Shown here one piece after another: positions 8,787-18,334 of a DNA stretch of 41,588 nucleotides. Location of the stretch: assembly GCA_041497675.1 (NCBI GenBank), contig JBGQGY010000015.1, forward strand, positions 1 through 41,588. The letters run 5' to 3'. The DNA is from a bacterium (GTDB lineage Bacteria; Sysuimicrobiota; Sysuimicrobiia; Sysuimicrobiales; Humicultoraceae). A model generated the notes under the pieces. The model saw only the letters and a list, made by a program, of their open reading frames with translations, was not told where the DNA came from and searched no databases. The position numbers and the translations under genes are program-made. Numbering within the stretch: position 1 is the first letter of the stretch; every line of letters starts with the position of its first letter.

Positions 8787-9682
8787 GGCCGTCCTTCCCG
8801 TTCGAGCGCGGCGATGCTTTCAACGAGCTGGTCGAGCCACTGCGTGCGAATCGCTGTGGCGTCGTCCTGGTGTTTGAACAGTACGCCCAGCGTCTCTTCG
8901 ATGGCCTCGCGGTCGAGGTGATCGCGGTGGAGCGCCATCAACGCCGCGCTCCAGTCGAGCGTCTCGGCCACACCCGGCGTCTTCTCCAACCGCAACCGGC
9001 GGACGATCTGCATGAACGCTCCGATCTGTTCAGCCAGCCGCCCGTTCAGCCCGGGGACCTTACGGTGGACGATCTCCAATTCCTTGTCAAACGTCGGGTA
9101 GTCGATCCACAGATACAGACACCGGCGGCGCAGCGCGTCCCCGAGCTCGCGGGTGCGGTTGCTGGTCAGCACGACGTATGGCGTCGTCTTCGCCTTGATC
9201 GTCCCGATCTCGGGGATCGACACCTGAAAATCCGACAGCACTTCGAGCAGGAACGCTTCGAACTCAGCGTCGGCGCGGTCGATCTCGTCGACCAAGAGCA
9301 CCGGCGCCTGATCGCGCGTGATCGCGTAGAGCAGCGGCCGCTTCAGCAGGAAGGCGTCGCCGAAGATTTCGGCCTCACGCTCGGTCACCGATCGCTGACC
9401 GCCCTCCGACAGCCGGATGTGCAACAGTTGCTTCTGATAGTTCCACTCGTAGAGCGCGGTGGTGGCGTCGAGCCCCTCATAGCACTGCAGCCGGATCAAC
9501 TCCGTGTCCAGCGCCCGGGACATCACTTTGGCGACCTCGGTCTTCCCGACGCCGGCCGCGCCCTCGATCAGCAGTGGCTTGCGCAGCGTCACAGACAGGT
9601 AGACGCTCGTCGCGATGGCTCGGTCGGCGACGTAGCCTTGTCCGGCAAGCAACTGCTGGATGCGGACAATCTCAGGGTGCAT
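8732..9682 (-). CDS. coxD: MoxR-family AAA+ ATPase CoxD
   Basis: Walker A EGAAGVGKT, RLQCYEGLD, YEWNY, Walker B LLVDEID, LTSNRTREL and ALRRRC. Confidence 0.92.
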   Translation of the reverse strand: MHPEIVRIQQLLAGQGYVADRAIATSVYLSVTLRKPLLIEGAAGVGKTEVAKVMSRALDTELIRLQCYEGLDATTALYEWNYQKQLLHIRLSEGGQRSVTEREAEIFGDAFLLKRPLLYAITRDQAPVLLVDEIDRADAEFEAFLLEVLSDFQVSIPEIGTIKAKTTPYVVLTSNRTRELGDALRRRCLYLWIDYPTFDKELEIVHRKVPGLNGRLAEQIGAFMQIVRRLRLEKTPGVAETLDWSAALMALHRDHLDREAIEETLGVLFKHQDDATAIRTQWLDQLVESIAALEREGRPWNQDAIARAADRLQARR

Positions 9683-9710
9683 GCATCACTCCGTTGGTTC
9701 GGCGTGGAAA

Positions 9711-9735
9711 CGGGGGATGGCGCGGCCATCCCCCG
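9711..9735 (-). terminator. 11-bp GC hairpin in the coxG-coxD intergenic region (terminator or attenuator-like)
   Basis: CGGGGGATGGC-CGC-GCCATCCCCCG followed by TTTCC on the minus strand. Confidence 0.5.
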
Positions 9736-9755
9736 CCGGTCCCTCTATCCCTCTT

Positions 9756-9784
9756 AGTGTAAACGAAATGGCGCCGGACGGTAA
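9756..9784 (-). promoter_or_regulatory. Putative sigma70-type internal promoter for coxD (TTACCG-N17-TACACT)
   Basis: Good -10 hexamer, 17-bp spacer, weak -35. Confidence 0.4.
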
Positions 9785-9794
9785 TCCGGCAGGA

Positions 9795-10241
9795 TCAGGC
9801 CTCGACCTGGGCCTTTAGGCACTCGAACAGCTCACCGGCCTTCTTCTCGACCGTGCTGTTGAGCACCCTCCCACCAATGCTGGCGATGGGCCCGCTGACG
9901 ACCACGTCGGCCTTCCACTCGAGCCAGGTCTTCCCGTCTGCCCCGTCGACCAGATCGACGACGCTGCTGACGTCGACCGCGCTTCCCAACCCGCCGCCCC
10001 GGCCGGTGAGGACGGCGTGGGTCGGGGGTCGTAGATCGGACATCGTGACGTCGAACGCGAAGTTGCCCTTGATGAACCCCACACCCACGCGAACGACGGC
10101 CCTGAACTTCCCCTCTTCCAGGATGTCGAGCTTCTGGACGTCCGGGAGGCACTTGCTGACGGCCTGCGGATCAATGAGCACCCCCCACACCTTCTCTTTG
10201 GACGCCCGGACTTCCATGCGTCCTTCGAAGCGGAGGGCCAT
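9795..10241 (-). CDS. coxG: Carbon monoxide dehydrogenase subunit G (SRPBCC family)
   Basis: 148 aa with KVWGVLIDPQAVSKCLP, VGVGFIKG and VSGPIASIGGR. Located inside the cox cluster. Confidence 0.85.
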   Translation of the reverse strand: MALRFEGRMEVRASKEKVWGVLIDPQAVSKCLPDVQKLDILEEGKFRAVVRVGVGFIKGNFAFDVTMSDLRPPTHAVLTGRGGGLGSAVDVSSVVDLVDGADGKTWLEWKADVVVSGPIASIGGRVLNSTVEKKAGELFECLKAQVEA

Positions 10242-10242
10242 G

Positions 10243-11226
10243 CTATGCGCCGACCTTGAGGTATTGGGCGGGTTCGCGCTCGAATGCCTGCCGGCAGTGC
10301 GCGCAGCAGAAGTAGAACGTCCTACCCTGATACACGAACGTGTGGCGGGCCGTGGCGATCTCGACGGTCATCCCACACACCGGATCGATCGCGCCGACCG
10401 CGACGGGTGACGCCGCGAGCGACTCGGCCTGAGCCGACACCACGGCGCCGGTCGCCGTCTGGCTCCGGCGCACCTGCACGATCTCGGCCATGATGCTGAG
10501 GGCGATCTCCTCAGGCGTGATCGCGCCGATATCGAGTCCCGCCGGCGCCTTGACCCGCCGGAGCTGCGCGGGATCGATCCCGCGACCGCTCAAGAAGGTC
10601 AACACGGACTCGGCCCGTTTGCGGCTGGCGACGAGACCGACGTAGCCGGCACCGGCGCCGGCGATCTGCTCGAGCGCCTCTTCGTCGTAGTTGCCCATCG
10701 TCGCCACGACCACGTAGGTTGTCAGGGTAACCTGCCGCGCGAGTTGCGCGAGCGGCAGACGCAGGTCGAAGTCGATATCCGGCGACGCAGCGCCTGTGGC
10801 GGCGACCCAGACAGCGAATCCCTGAAGCCGCCCCAACCGCGCCAGGGCCGGCACGAGCGGGGCTTCCCCGACGAGGAGCAGCTGCGGTTTGGGCAACATG
10901 GGCTCGACGTAGATCTCCAGGGTCCCGCCGCTGTGACAGGTCATGGGGTGGTGGATCACTCCCTCCCGGTCGGTCCGCGCGTCGCGCTCGGGGCTCAAAC
11001 TAATCAGACGAGGGCTCCCTTGGCGTAAGGCGTTCTGGGCCTCGCGAACAATTATGGGATGAGCGCAGGAACCCCCGACCCACCCCTCCAGCGTGCCGTC
11101 GGCCAGAATAATCGCCTTCATCCCCGGCCTGGCCGAGGCCGGCCGCTCGACCCTGATCACCGTCGCCAGGACGAACGGTTCGCCCCTCGCCTTCAGGGCA
11201 TGTGCGCGGTCCAGCAGGTCATTCAT
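10243..11226 (-). CDS. XdhC/CoxF-like maturation protein with C-terminal YHS (TRASH-like metal-binding) domain
   Basis: Start MNDLL at 11226. [31 protein letters not shown] and PAGLDIGA motifs. The C-terminus reads DPVCGM...[14 protein letters not shown]. Confidence 0.88.
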   Translation of the reverse strand: MNDLLDRAHALKARGEPFVLATVIRVERPASARPGMKAIILADGTLEGWVGGSCAHPIIVREAQNALRQGSPRLISLSPERDARTDREGVIHHPMTCHSGGTLEIYVEPMLPKPQLLLVGEAPLVPALARLGRLQGFAVWVAATGAASPDIDFDLRLPLAQLARQVTLTTYVVVATMGNYDEEALEQIAGAGAGYVGLVASRKRAESVLTFLSGRGIDPAQLRRVKAPAGLDIGAITPEEIALSIMAEIVQVRRSQTATGAVVSAQAESLAASPVAVGAIDPVCGMTVEIATARHTFVYQGRTFYFCCAHCRQAFEREPAQYLKVGA

Positions 11227-11246
11227 GACGCGTCGTCCATGGCTCG

Positions 11247-13595
11247 CTACTCGGTCACGCCCTTTGCCCGCAGCGCCTTCCACACCTTCCACGGCGTGAT
11301 CGGGATATCGATATGCCGGACACCGAGGTGCCACAAGGCATCAACCACGGCATTGGCGATCGCCGCGGGCGCGCCCACGGTGGCCGACTCCCCGACACCC
11401 TTGGCCCCCAGCGGATGATGTGGGGACGGCGTCGTGGTCTTGTCCAGTTCCCAGCGCGGCGTTTCCATCGCCGTCGGCAGCAGATAGTCCATGAAACTGC
11501 CACCGCGGATGTTGCCGTCTTCGTCGTAGGTGATCTCTTCGTAAAGCGCGGGCGCCAACCCCATCGTGAGACCACCGTGGATCTGCCCGTCGACGATCAT
11601 GGGATTGATGATGTTGCCGCAGTCGTCGACGGCCACGAACCGGCGGATCTTCACCTCACCGGTGCCCTTGTCGATATCGACGACGCAGATGTAGCTGCCG
11701 AAGGGGAAGGTCAGGTTCGGTGGATCGTAGTACGAGACCGCCTCGAGTCCGGCCTCCAGCCCCTGCGGGTGGTTGGTGTACGCGGCGAAGGCGATTTCCT
11801 GGATCGTCTTGACGCGTTGCGGGGACCCTTTTACGAAGAACTTCCCGCGCTCCCATTCGAGGTCGGTTTCGCTGGCTTCCAGTAGGTGGGCCGCGATCTT
11901 TCGCGCCTTGTCCCGGATCTTGCGCGCGGCCATGGCGCCGGCCGCCCCCGCGACAGGGGTGCTGCGGCTCGCATAGGTACCGAGCCCGTATGGCGCGGTG
12001 TCGGTGTCGCCTTCCTCGACGGCGATATCGTCTTCAGGGATTCCGAGTTCGTGCGCGATGATCTGCGCGTACGTCGTCTCGTGACCCTGTCCCTGGGATT
12101 TGGTGCCAAACCGGGCGATCACTTTGCCCGTCGGGTGCACGCGGATCTCGGCGCTGTCAAACATCTTCAACCCGAGGATGTCGAACGTGTGCGACGGGCC
12201 GGCCCCGACGATCTCGGTAAAGCTCGAAATGCCGATGCCCATCAACTCGCCGCGCTTGCGCTTCTCAGCCTGCTCCTTGCGCAGCGCCGCGTAGCCGATC
12301 TTGTCCATCGCCTTCTTGAGCGCCGCCTGGTAGTTGCCGCTGTCGTAGGTCCACCCCAGAGCCGACTTGTACGGAAAGGCCTCGGGCCGGATGAAGTTTT
12401 TCATCCGGAAATCGGCCGGATCCACGCCGAGCTCGTGCGCCAGGATGTCGGCCATCCGCTCGATCATGTACGAGGCCTCGGTCACCCGGAATGAGCAGCG
12501 GTACGCGATGCCTCCCGGCGGCTTGTTGGTGTAGACGCCGTCCACTTCGGCAAACGCCGACTGGAAATCATACGAGCCGGTGCAGATCGAAAAGAGCCCG
12601 GCGGGGAACTTGGACGGGTTGGCGGCCGCATCGAACGCCCCGTGGTCGGCGAGCGTCTTCACGCGGAGGGCCGTCATGGTCCCATCCTTCTTGGCCGCCA
12701 GTTCGGCGGTGATATGGTAGTCGCGGGCAAACGAATCGGCCTGCATGTTCTCCATGCGGTCCTCGATCCACTTGACCGGTTTGCCGGTGAGGACCGATGC
12801 CGCCACCGCGAGCACATAGCCCGGGTAGACGGGGACTTTCCCGCCGAACCCCCCGCCGATGTCCGGTGAGATCACGCGGATCTTGTGTTCGGCCAGACCC
12901 AAATGCCCGGCGACCAGAGCGATGACGGTGCGGATCGCGTGCGGAGCCTGTGTCGTCATCCAGAGGGTCAGTTTGCCGTCCACGGGATCCCACTGGGCGA
13001 TGCAGCCGCACGTCTCGATCGACGAGACGTGGATGCGAGGAATGTACATATCCTGCTTGATCGTGACATCCGCGCCTTGGAACGCTTTATCTGTGGCCGC
13101 CTGGTCCCCCACCTGCCAGTGCCAGATGTGGTTGTTCTTTTGTTCGCGATCCTGGCGCAGGACCGGCGCGCCGGGCTCGAGCGCCTTCTTCGGATCGACC
13201 ACCACGGGCAACGGTTCGTACTCCACTTCGACTGCTGCCATGCCATCGGCGGCAAGATACCGCTCGGTCGCCAGCACCGCGGCCACTTCTTGCGATTGAT
13301 ACAGGACGGTGTCGATCGGCAGCACCATCTGCTTGTCGGACATGAGCGTGGGCATCCAGGCGAGGCCGTACTTCTCCAGATCCTTACCCGTGATCACCGC
13401 CAGGACGCCGGGGATGGCCAACGCCTTCTCGGCGCGGATCGCCTTGATCGTCGCGTGCGCATACGGGCTGCGCACGATGTCGAGGTAGAGCATCCCGGAC
13501 AGCTTGATGTCGTCGATATAGGTCCCCTTGCCCCGAATGAATCGCGCGTCTTCTTTGCGCTTGACCGAGTGCCCCATCCCATACGCAATCGCCAT
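11247..13595 (-). CDS. coxL: Aerobic carbon monoxide dehydrogenase large subunit, form I (Mo-Cu)
   Basis: Start [10 protein letters not shown] after a GGAG RBS. Form I active-site loop AYRCSFR at 12486-12506. Also [24 protein letters not shown] and GAKGVGE. Confidence 0.96.
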   Translation of the reverse strand: MAIAYGMGHSVKRKEDARFIRGKGTYIDDIKLSGMLYLDIVRSPYAHATIKAIRAEKALAIPGVLAVITGKDLEKYGLAWMPTLMSDKQMVLPIDTVLYQSQEVAAVLATERYLAADGMAAVEVEYEPLPVVVDPKKALEPGAPVLRQDREQKNNHIWHWQVGDQAATDKAFQGADVTIKQDMYIPRIHVSSIETCGCIAQWDPVDGKLTLWMTTQAPHAIRTVIALVAGHLGLAEHKIRVISPDIGGGFGGKVPVYPGYVLAVAASVLTGKPVKWIEDRMENMQADSFARDYHITAELAAKKDGTMTALRVKTLADHGAFDAAANPSKFPAGLFSICTGSYDFQSAFAEVDGVYTNKPPGGIAYRCSFRVTEASYMIERMADILAHELGVDPADFRMKNFIRPEAFPYKSALGWTYDSGNYQAALKKAMDKIGYAALRKEQAEKRKRGELMGIGISSFTEIVGAGPSHTFDILGLKMFDSAEIRVHPTGKVIARFGTKSQGQGHETTYAQIIAHELGIPEDDIAVEEGDTDTAPYGLGTYASRSTPVAGAAGAMAARKIRDKARKIAAHLLEASETDLEWERGKFFVKGSPQRVKTIQEIAFAAYTNHPQGLEAGLEAVSYYDPPNLTFPFGSYICVVDIDKGTGEVKIRRFVAVDDCGNIINPMIVDGQIHGGLTMGLAPALYEEITYDEDGNIRGGSFMDYLLPTAMETPRWELDKTTTPSPHHPLGAKGVGESATVGAPAAIANAVVDALWHLGVRHIDIPITPWKVWKALRAKGVTE

Positions 13596-13600
13596 CGCGA

Positions 13601-14098
13601 TCAGCTCCTTCCCCCGGCTGCCGCCGGCTGGCTGCGCAACTTCTCCGCGGCATACTTGACCGCCTCGACGATGTTCACATACCCGGTGCACCGGCAGAGG
13701 TTGCCGGAGATCGCCCAGCGGATCTCCTCTTCCGACGGGTTGGGGTTCCGCGCGAGGAGGGCGCAGCTGGTTATCATCATGCCCGGCGTGCAGAACCCGC
13801 ACTGCAGGCCGTGCTTTTCATGAAAGCCTTCCTGGATAGGGTGGAGCTGCCCGTCCTTCGCCAGCCCCTCGACCGTCATCAGGGTCCGGCCGTCCGCCTG
13901 CACGGCGAAGATCGTGCAGGATTTCACGGGCCGGCCATCCATGAGCACGGTGCAGGCGCCGCAGTTTGTGGTGTCGCACCCGATGTGGGTGCCGGTCAGA
14001 TTGAGGACCTCCCTGAGGAGATGCACCAGGAGGAGGCGCGCCTCGACGTCAGCCTCGTGGACGGTGCCGTTGATCGTCACGCGAATCTTGTGCGCCAT
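13601..14098 (-). CDS. coxS: CO dehydrogenase small (2x[2Fe-2S]) subunit
   Basis: [10 protein letters not shown]...[10 protein letters not shown] and NLCRCTGY motifs. Confidence 0.95.
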   Translation of the reverse strand: MAHKIRVTINGTVHEADVEARLLLVHLLREVLNLTGTHIGCDTTNCGACTVLMDGRPVKSCTIFAVQADGRTLMTVEGLAKDGQLHPIQEGFHEKHGLQCGFCTPGMMITSCALLARNPNPSEEEIRWAISGNLCRCTGYVNIVEAVKYAAEKLRSQPAAAGGRS

Positions 14099-14103
14099 GT
14101 CCC

Positions 14104-14973
14104 TCACCCCCTGGCCCGCTGGAGGGCCCGCTTGAGTGCCCGAGCGGTGAGCACCCTCACGATGTCACGTTTGTAATCCGCCGGACCGCGCAGATCGCTC
14201 ACCGGGTCGCACTCCTCAGACGCGGCTTTGGAGGCCTCGGCGATGGCCGCGTCGTCCGGCACCTTCCCACGAAGACGCGTCTCGGCGCGCTTCGCCCGCA
14301 GCGACGTCGCCCCGACGTTGCAGAGGCCGATGCCGACCTGTTCGCACTTGCCGCCGCCATCCAGGGTGACCTGGACGCCCACGGCTGCGATCGCAAAATC
14401 GCCGACCTTTCGCTCGAGTTTGAGATAGGCGCCGCTGCTCCGGGCAGCCGGCTGGGGCACGCGCACTTCGGTGAGGATCTCGTCGGCCTCCAACGCCGAC
14501 TGGAACGTGTCGACGACAAAGTCGTCGATGGCGATCACACGCTCTCCGCGAGGCCCGGTGGCCACGACGCTCGCCCGCGCCGCCAGCATGGCGGCTCCCC
14601 AATCACCTGCGGGATCAGCGTGCGCCAGCGAACCGCCCACCGTCCCCATGTTTCGCACGAGGGGGTCGGCGATGACCCTGGCCGCATCGGCCAGCAGCGG
14701 GTAGCGGCTATGGATGACGTCCGAGGTTTCGAGGTCGCTGTGTCGCGTCATCGCCCCGATCCGAAGGGCTCCATCCGCCTCCCGGATGTAGGCCAATCCC
14801 TGGATCCGGTTCAGATCGATCAGATAGCGCGGAGCGGCCAGCCTGAGTTTCATCAACGGGACCAGGCTGTGGCCGCCGGCCAGGGGTTTCGCCTCGGGTC
14901 CGTGGGTCTTGAGCAGGCCCACCGCCTCGGCGATGGTCTTGGGCGACAAATACTCAAACCCCGCTGGTATCAT
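14104..14973 (-). CDS. coxM: CO dehydrogenase medium (FAD) subunit
   Basis: Start [37 protein letters not shown] and KVGDFA motifs. Canonical M-S-L order. Confidence 0.93.
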   Translation of the reverse strand: MIPAGFEYLSPKTIAEAVGLLKTHGPEAKPLAGGHSLVPLMKLRLAAPRYLIDLNRIQGLAYIREADGALRIGAMTRHSDLETSDVIHSRYPLLADAARVIADPLVRNMGTVGGSLAHADPAGDWGAAMLAARASVVATGPRGERVIAIDDFVVDTFQSALEADEILTEVRVPQPAARSSGAYLKLERKVGDFAIAAVGVQVTLDGGGKCEQVGIGLCNVGATSLRAKRAETRLRGKVPDDAAIAEASKAASEECDPVSDLRGPADYKRDIVRVLTARALKRALQRARG

Positions 14974-15099
14974 CCCACCCCACCCCCTGTGCTTCAGTCT
15001 TCGTGGGGAAACGCGCACGCCAGTGTGAACCGCCTCGACAGCGGAGCGTAATCCACGAAGCCAAATAGCTCAAGCGTCTTGAGAAAGGAATGCTGGGTT

Positions 15100-15127
15100 G
15101 TTCTGTGGGGAGAACGGGCCTTCCTGC
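15100..15127 (-). promoter_or_regulatory. sigmaH-like promoter GCAGGA-N18-GAAC upstream of coxMSL
   Basis: Recurrent motif. It is followed by the palindrome CTCAAG-N3-CTTGAG (15069-15083) and a ~115-nt structured leader. Confidence 0.55.
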
Positions 15128-15150
15128 CCTGCTAGGTTCGCCCGGGTATG

Positions 15151-16029
15151 TCAGCGTCTCCGGGATTGCGCGCGTTCCCGGGCCGCCGCCACCGCGCGCA
15201 CTGTGAGCACGCGCGCCAGATGGCGCCGGTAGTCCGCGCTCGCGAAAATGTCGTCGTTCGGCTCGACCCCATCGGCCGCGGCGCCGGCGGCGCCGGCGAT
15301 GACATCGTCGGTCAGTTCGCGCCCCGTCAAGGCCTGCTCGACCTTCTTGCTGCGATACGGAACGGCGGCGACGCCTGTGATGCCGATTCGGGCATGCGTA
15401 CAGCGACCGTCAGCGTCGAGCGTGACGGCCGCTGCGACGCCGGCCAGCGCAAACCCCGACGCGGGGTTGGCCATCTTCATGTACGCGCACCCGCTACGCG
15501 GGGGCGCGGCCGGCACGATCACTTCCGTCAGCACCTCATCCGCCGCGGCGGCGGTGCTCATCAGACCCCGGAAAAACCCATCGATGGGAACGATGCGGCT
15601 GCCGCCGGGTTTCTGCAAGGACACCTCGGCGGCCAACGCCAGGAGCACCGCGGGATAATCTGCGGCGGGGTCCGCGTGCATCACGCTCCCACCAATGGTC
15701 CCGAGGTTGCGGACCTGGAGATCACCGATCACACCCGCCGTCTCCACGAGGACCGGCGCCGCACGCCGCACCGCCGGAGTCGATTCGATCATCCAGTACG
15801 TGGCGAGCGCGCCGATGTGCAGCCGCCCTTCGCGGAGACGGATCCGGCGCAGCGCGGCGATTCGCGTGATGTCGATGACGTGCGGCGGTGTCGCCACGCG
15901 TAACTTCATCATGGGCAGCAGGCTTTGCCCGCCGGCGATGATCTTCGCCTCGGCGCCGAGCGTGTGGAGTTGACGCAGCGCCGCCTGGAGCGTCTTCGGG
16001 CGATGATAGGTGAACGCGGCCGGGATCAT
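15151..16029 (-). CDS. Second CoxM-like FAD-binding molybdo-hydroxylase subunit
   Basis: MIPAAFTYHRP, AGGQSLLPMMKLR, VRNLGTIGGSVMHADP and DIFASADYR motifs. Confidence 0.9.
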   Translation of the reverse strand: MIPAAFTYHRPKTLQAALRQLHTLGAEAKIIAGGQSLLPMMKLRVATPPHVIDITRIAALRRIRLREGRLHIGALATYWMIESTPAVRRAAPVLVETAGVIGDLQVRNLGTIGGSVMHADPAADYPAVLLALAAEVSLQKPGGSRIVPIDGFFRGLMSTAAAADEVLTEVIVPAAPPRSGCAYMKMANPASGFALAGVAAAVTLDADGRCTHARIGITGVAAVPYRSKKVEQALTGRELTDDVIAGAAGAAADGVEPNDDIFASADYRRHLARVLTVRAVAAARERAQSRRR

Positions 16030-16469
16030 GTACGCTGACTCACCTCACGCTCGATGGCTTTGAAGAACTCACCCGCCAACTGCTTCGCCACGCCGCCGAA
16101 GAGCCGGTGACCGACGCTCATCAGCACGCCGGTGACCTGCGCATCGCCGACGTAAGACACTGTTGTCGAATCGCCGCCCGCGGCAAGCGTCAAGGCGCCG
16201 GTGGCCTTGATGGTTCCAGCGCGCCCGGTGCCCTCGATGATCAAGGTCATTTTTTCCGGCGGGGTCTGCTCCGTGATGCGCACCTTGCCCTGATATGATC
16301 CCTTCACGGGGCCGACGGCCAGCTCGATCAGGGCGTCAAAGGTGTTTGGACCCGTGGGCGTCAGCGACTTCAGACCCGGCGTGGCCCTGGCGAGCACGTC
16401 CGGGTCGTTGAGCGTGGCCCACACTTTCTCTCGCGGTGCGGGAATCACGTACTCGCCTTCGATTTTCAT
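16026..16469 (-). CDS. Second CoxG-like SRPBCC protein
   Basis: APREKVWATLNDPDVL, VGPVKG and GVLMSVGHRL motifs. AGGAGG RBS. ATGA overlap with the coxM-like gene. Confidence 0.85.
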   Translation of the reverse strand: MKIEGEYVIPAPREKVWATLNDPDVLARATPGLKSLTPTGPNTFDALIELAVGPVKGSYQGKVRITEQTPPEKMTLIIEGTGRAGTIKATGALTLAAGGDSTTVSYVGDAQVTGVLMSVGHRLFGGVAKQLAGEFFKAIEREVSQRT

Positions 16470-16504
16470 GCGGGGACCTCCTGGCGACTGTAACCACCGC
16501 AGCC

Positions 16505-16534
16505 ATTATCATGAAACGGTCGGGCGGGTGTCAA
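16505..16534 (-). promoter_or_regulatory. sigma70-type promoter TTGACA-N18-GATAAT for coxG2-coxM2
   Basis: Perfect -35 and a 5/6 -10 match, about 35 nt upstream of the start codon. Confidence 0.65.
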
Positions 16535-16579
16535 ATGCCACGACCGCGACTCTTGACCGTGAGGGTGGAGGACCAGTCA

Positions 16580-17173
16580 ATGACCTCGAGAGTGATGACC
16601 ATCGTGTGCGTGGGCGTACTCCTGGTGAGCCTGGCCGCGGGTGTCGGACCGTCGGCGGCGGCGCCGGGCGAGGGCGGGCCCGCCGAACCACGGCCGGGAA
16701 GCCAGCCGCTGGGCGACGGGTTGATCGTCCCAGGCCAGCGCGTCGGTCCCGCCAAGCTGTCGATGACCGTCGACCAGATCGTCGAGGCCGTCGGGCCGCG
16801 CTTCAAACGTGACGAGTTTCCCAAAGAGGGGATCATCCTCTACGAGTGGCGGACCGAGGGCCTGTGGGTCTCGCAGGTCCTGGCCACGAAGGCCATCAGG
16901 CTGATCAGCGCCTTTGGCACGACGGACAAGTACCACACCGACAAGGGGGTGGCGCTGATGCATCCACGATCGAGGGTGGAGCAGACCTACGGGAAAGGGT
17001 ACAAACAATACGCCTATCCCGAAGACCGCATCACCCTGCTTCGGTATCATGATCTTGGATTGCAGTTTGGCATCGTCAACCAGCCGTCCAACCCGGCGAT
17101 CAACGGTCGCATCTTCCAGATTGGGGTCTTCAAGCCCGGCGATCTCCCGCCGACTAAGACACCCGCGCAGTAG
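16580..17173 (+). CDS. Hypothetical secreted protein
   Basis: GGAGG RBS. Signal peptide MTSRVMTIVCVGVLLVSLAAG. IVPGQRVG...YHTDKGV...VEQTYG pattern suggests an internally duplicated small domain. Confidence 0.7.
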   Translation: MTSRVMTIVCVGVLLVSLAAGVGPSAAAPGEGGPAEPRPGSQPLGDGLIVPGQRVGPAKLSMTVDQIVEAVGPRFKRDEFPKEGIILYEWRTEGLWVSQVLATKAIRLISAFGTTDKYHTDKGVALMHPRSRVEQTYGKGYKQYAYPEDRITLLRYHDLGLQFGIVNQPSNPAINGRIFQIGVFKPGDLPPTKTPAQ

Positions 17174-17184
17174 GGACGCAACAT

Positions 17185-17213
17185 CGAAGGGCGGGAAGCC
17201 TTCCCGCCCTTCG
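17185..17213. terminator. Hairpin between convergent genes (probable bidirectional terminator)
   Basis: Perfect 13-bp stem CGAAGGGCGGGAA-GCC-TTCCCGCCCTTCG, without a U-tract. Confidence 0.65.
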
Positions 17214-17237
17214 CCTGCGAATCGGAGCGCGTCAGCG

Positions 17238-18248
17238 CTACTTCTTCGTCGCCATCTCGTAGATCTCGGTCGTGTAGGCTTTCTCATCGGCCGCCTTCTT
17301 GATGACCCCAAACTTCAGCGCGATCTCGGCCGTCCGCTTGAACGAGTCGGCGTCCATCTTGCCGATGGTGGTCTTTGGCGCCGGCGGACCCCAGATGAGC
17401 TTGTTGATCTCGGCCATCATCCATTCCTGATGAGCCTTGGGTAGGGTCGGGCTCTGCTTGACGACGATGTCAACGCACTCACCCGGTTTGTCCTTGCAGA
17501 ACTCCCAGCCCTTCATGGTCGCGCGTAGGAATCGCGCGGCGATGTCCTTGTTCTTCGCGTCCTTCAGAAAGTCTTCTTTGACGAAGATACCGTCCTCAAG
17601 CATCGCGGTGCCTTCCTGGTTGAAGTCGATCACCACGATGTCCTCGGCCTTCCACCCGCCGTCCAGCACCTGCTTGTACTCGTTGTAGGTCATGGCCGCC
17701 GCCGCGTCGACTTGTTTCTTCAGCAGCAGGTTCATGTCGAAAGGCTGCTTGATGATTTGGACGTCCTTTTCCCTGTCGAGCTTGTACTTCTCGAGGGTGG
17801 CGTACAGCGCGAACTCGTTGCCGCCAAGCCAGACCGCGACCTTCTTGCCCTTCCAGTCGGCCGGCGTCTTGATGCCGCTGTCCCTATGTGACAGCTCGCG
17901 CATCCCGCTGTACTGGAAGATCTGCGCGATGTTGACCAACGGGACGCCCTGGTCGCGGGAGGCCAGCAGGCTGGGCAACCAGTCGAGACCGAACTCGGCC
18001 CCGCCTCCGGCCACGACTTGCTCGGGGACGATGTCCGGACCGCCGGGAACGATGGTGACCTCGAGACTCTCCTTGTCGTAGTAACCTTTCTCCTTGGCCG
18101 CGTAGTATCCGGCAAACTGGGCTTGGGTGACCCACTTGAGCTGCACCCGGACCTTGGCCTTCTCCACCGCCGACTGACGCTGCCCGCACCCCGCGCCGAT
18201 CAGCGCGATGATCGCGACGAGCGTCATCCATCCCCACCGTCTGGGCAT
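17238..18248 (-). CDS. ABC transporter substrate-binding lipoprotein, NMT1/THI5 family (pyrimidine-type)
   Basis: True start MPRRWG after a GGGAGG RBS. Lipobox IGAG-C. QLKWVTQAQFAGYYAA and AAAMTYNE motifs. Confidence 0.9.
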   Translation of the reverse strand: MPRRWGWMTLVAIIALIGAGCGQRQSAVEKAKVRVQLKWVTQAQFAGYYAAKEKGYYDKESLEVTIVPGGPDIVPEQVVAGGGAEFGLDWLPSLLASRDQGVPLVNIAQIFQYSGMRELSHRDSGIKTPADWKGKKVAVWLGGNEFALYATLEKYKLDREKDVQIIKQPFDMNLLLKKQVDAAAAMTYNEYKQVLDGGWKAEDIVVIDFNQEGTAMLEDGIFVKEDFLKDAKNKDIAARFLRATMKGWEFCKDKPGECVDIVVKQSPTLPKAHQEWMMAEINKLIWGPPAPKTTIGKMDADSFKRTAEIALKFGVIKKAADEKAYTTEIYEMATKK

Positions 18249-18295
18249 GCGAACCGTCCCTCCCTTGTCTATAGGCTCTGCTGGATGTATCGGGC

Positions 18296-18323
18296 CTTCG
18301 GTTGCGGTGTCCTTCTCTCCTGC
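18296..18323 (-). promoter_or_regulatory. Internal sigmaH-like promoter GCAGGA-N18-GAAG for the binding-protein gene
   Basis: Recurrent motif inside the 86-nt permease-to-binding-protein gap. Confidence 0.5.
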
Positions 18324-18334
18324 CCGGCCGCGGT

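Noticed and set aside
9683..9794. Moco or fluoride riboswitch in the coxG-coxD gap
   Set aside because: The region is too short and lacks the conserved elements of either family. Only simple hairpins are evident.
13596..13802. N-terminal extension of CoxL (likewise 28321-28527, 31987-32358, 11227-11334, 1631-1783 and 16436-16579 on other genes)
   Set aside because: These extensions overlap neighbouring genes or promoters. Homology motifs and RBS or overlap signals support the shorter starts.
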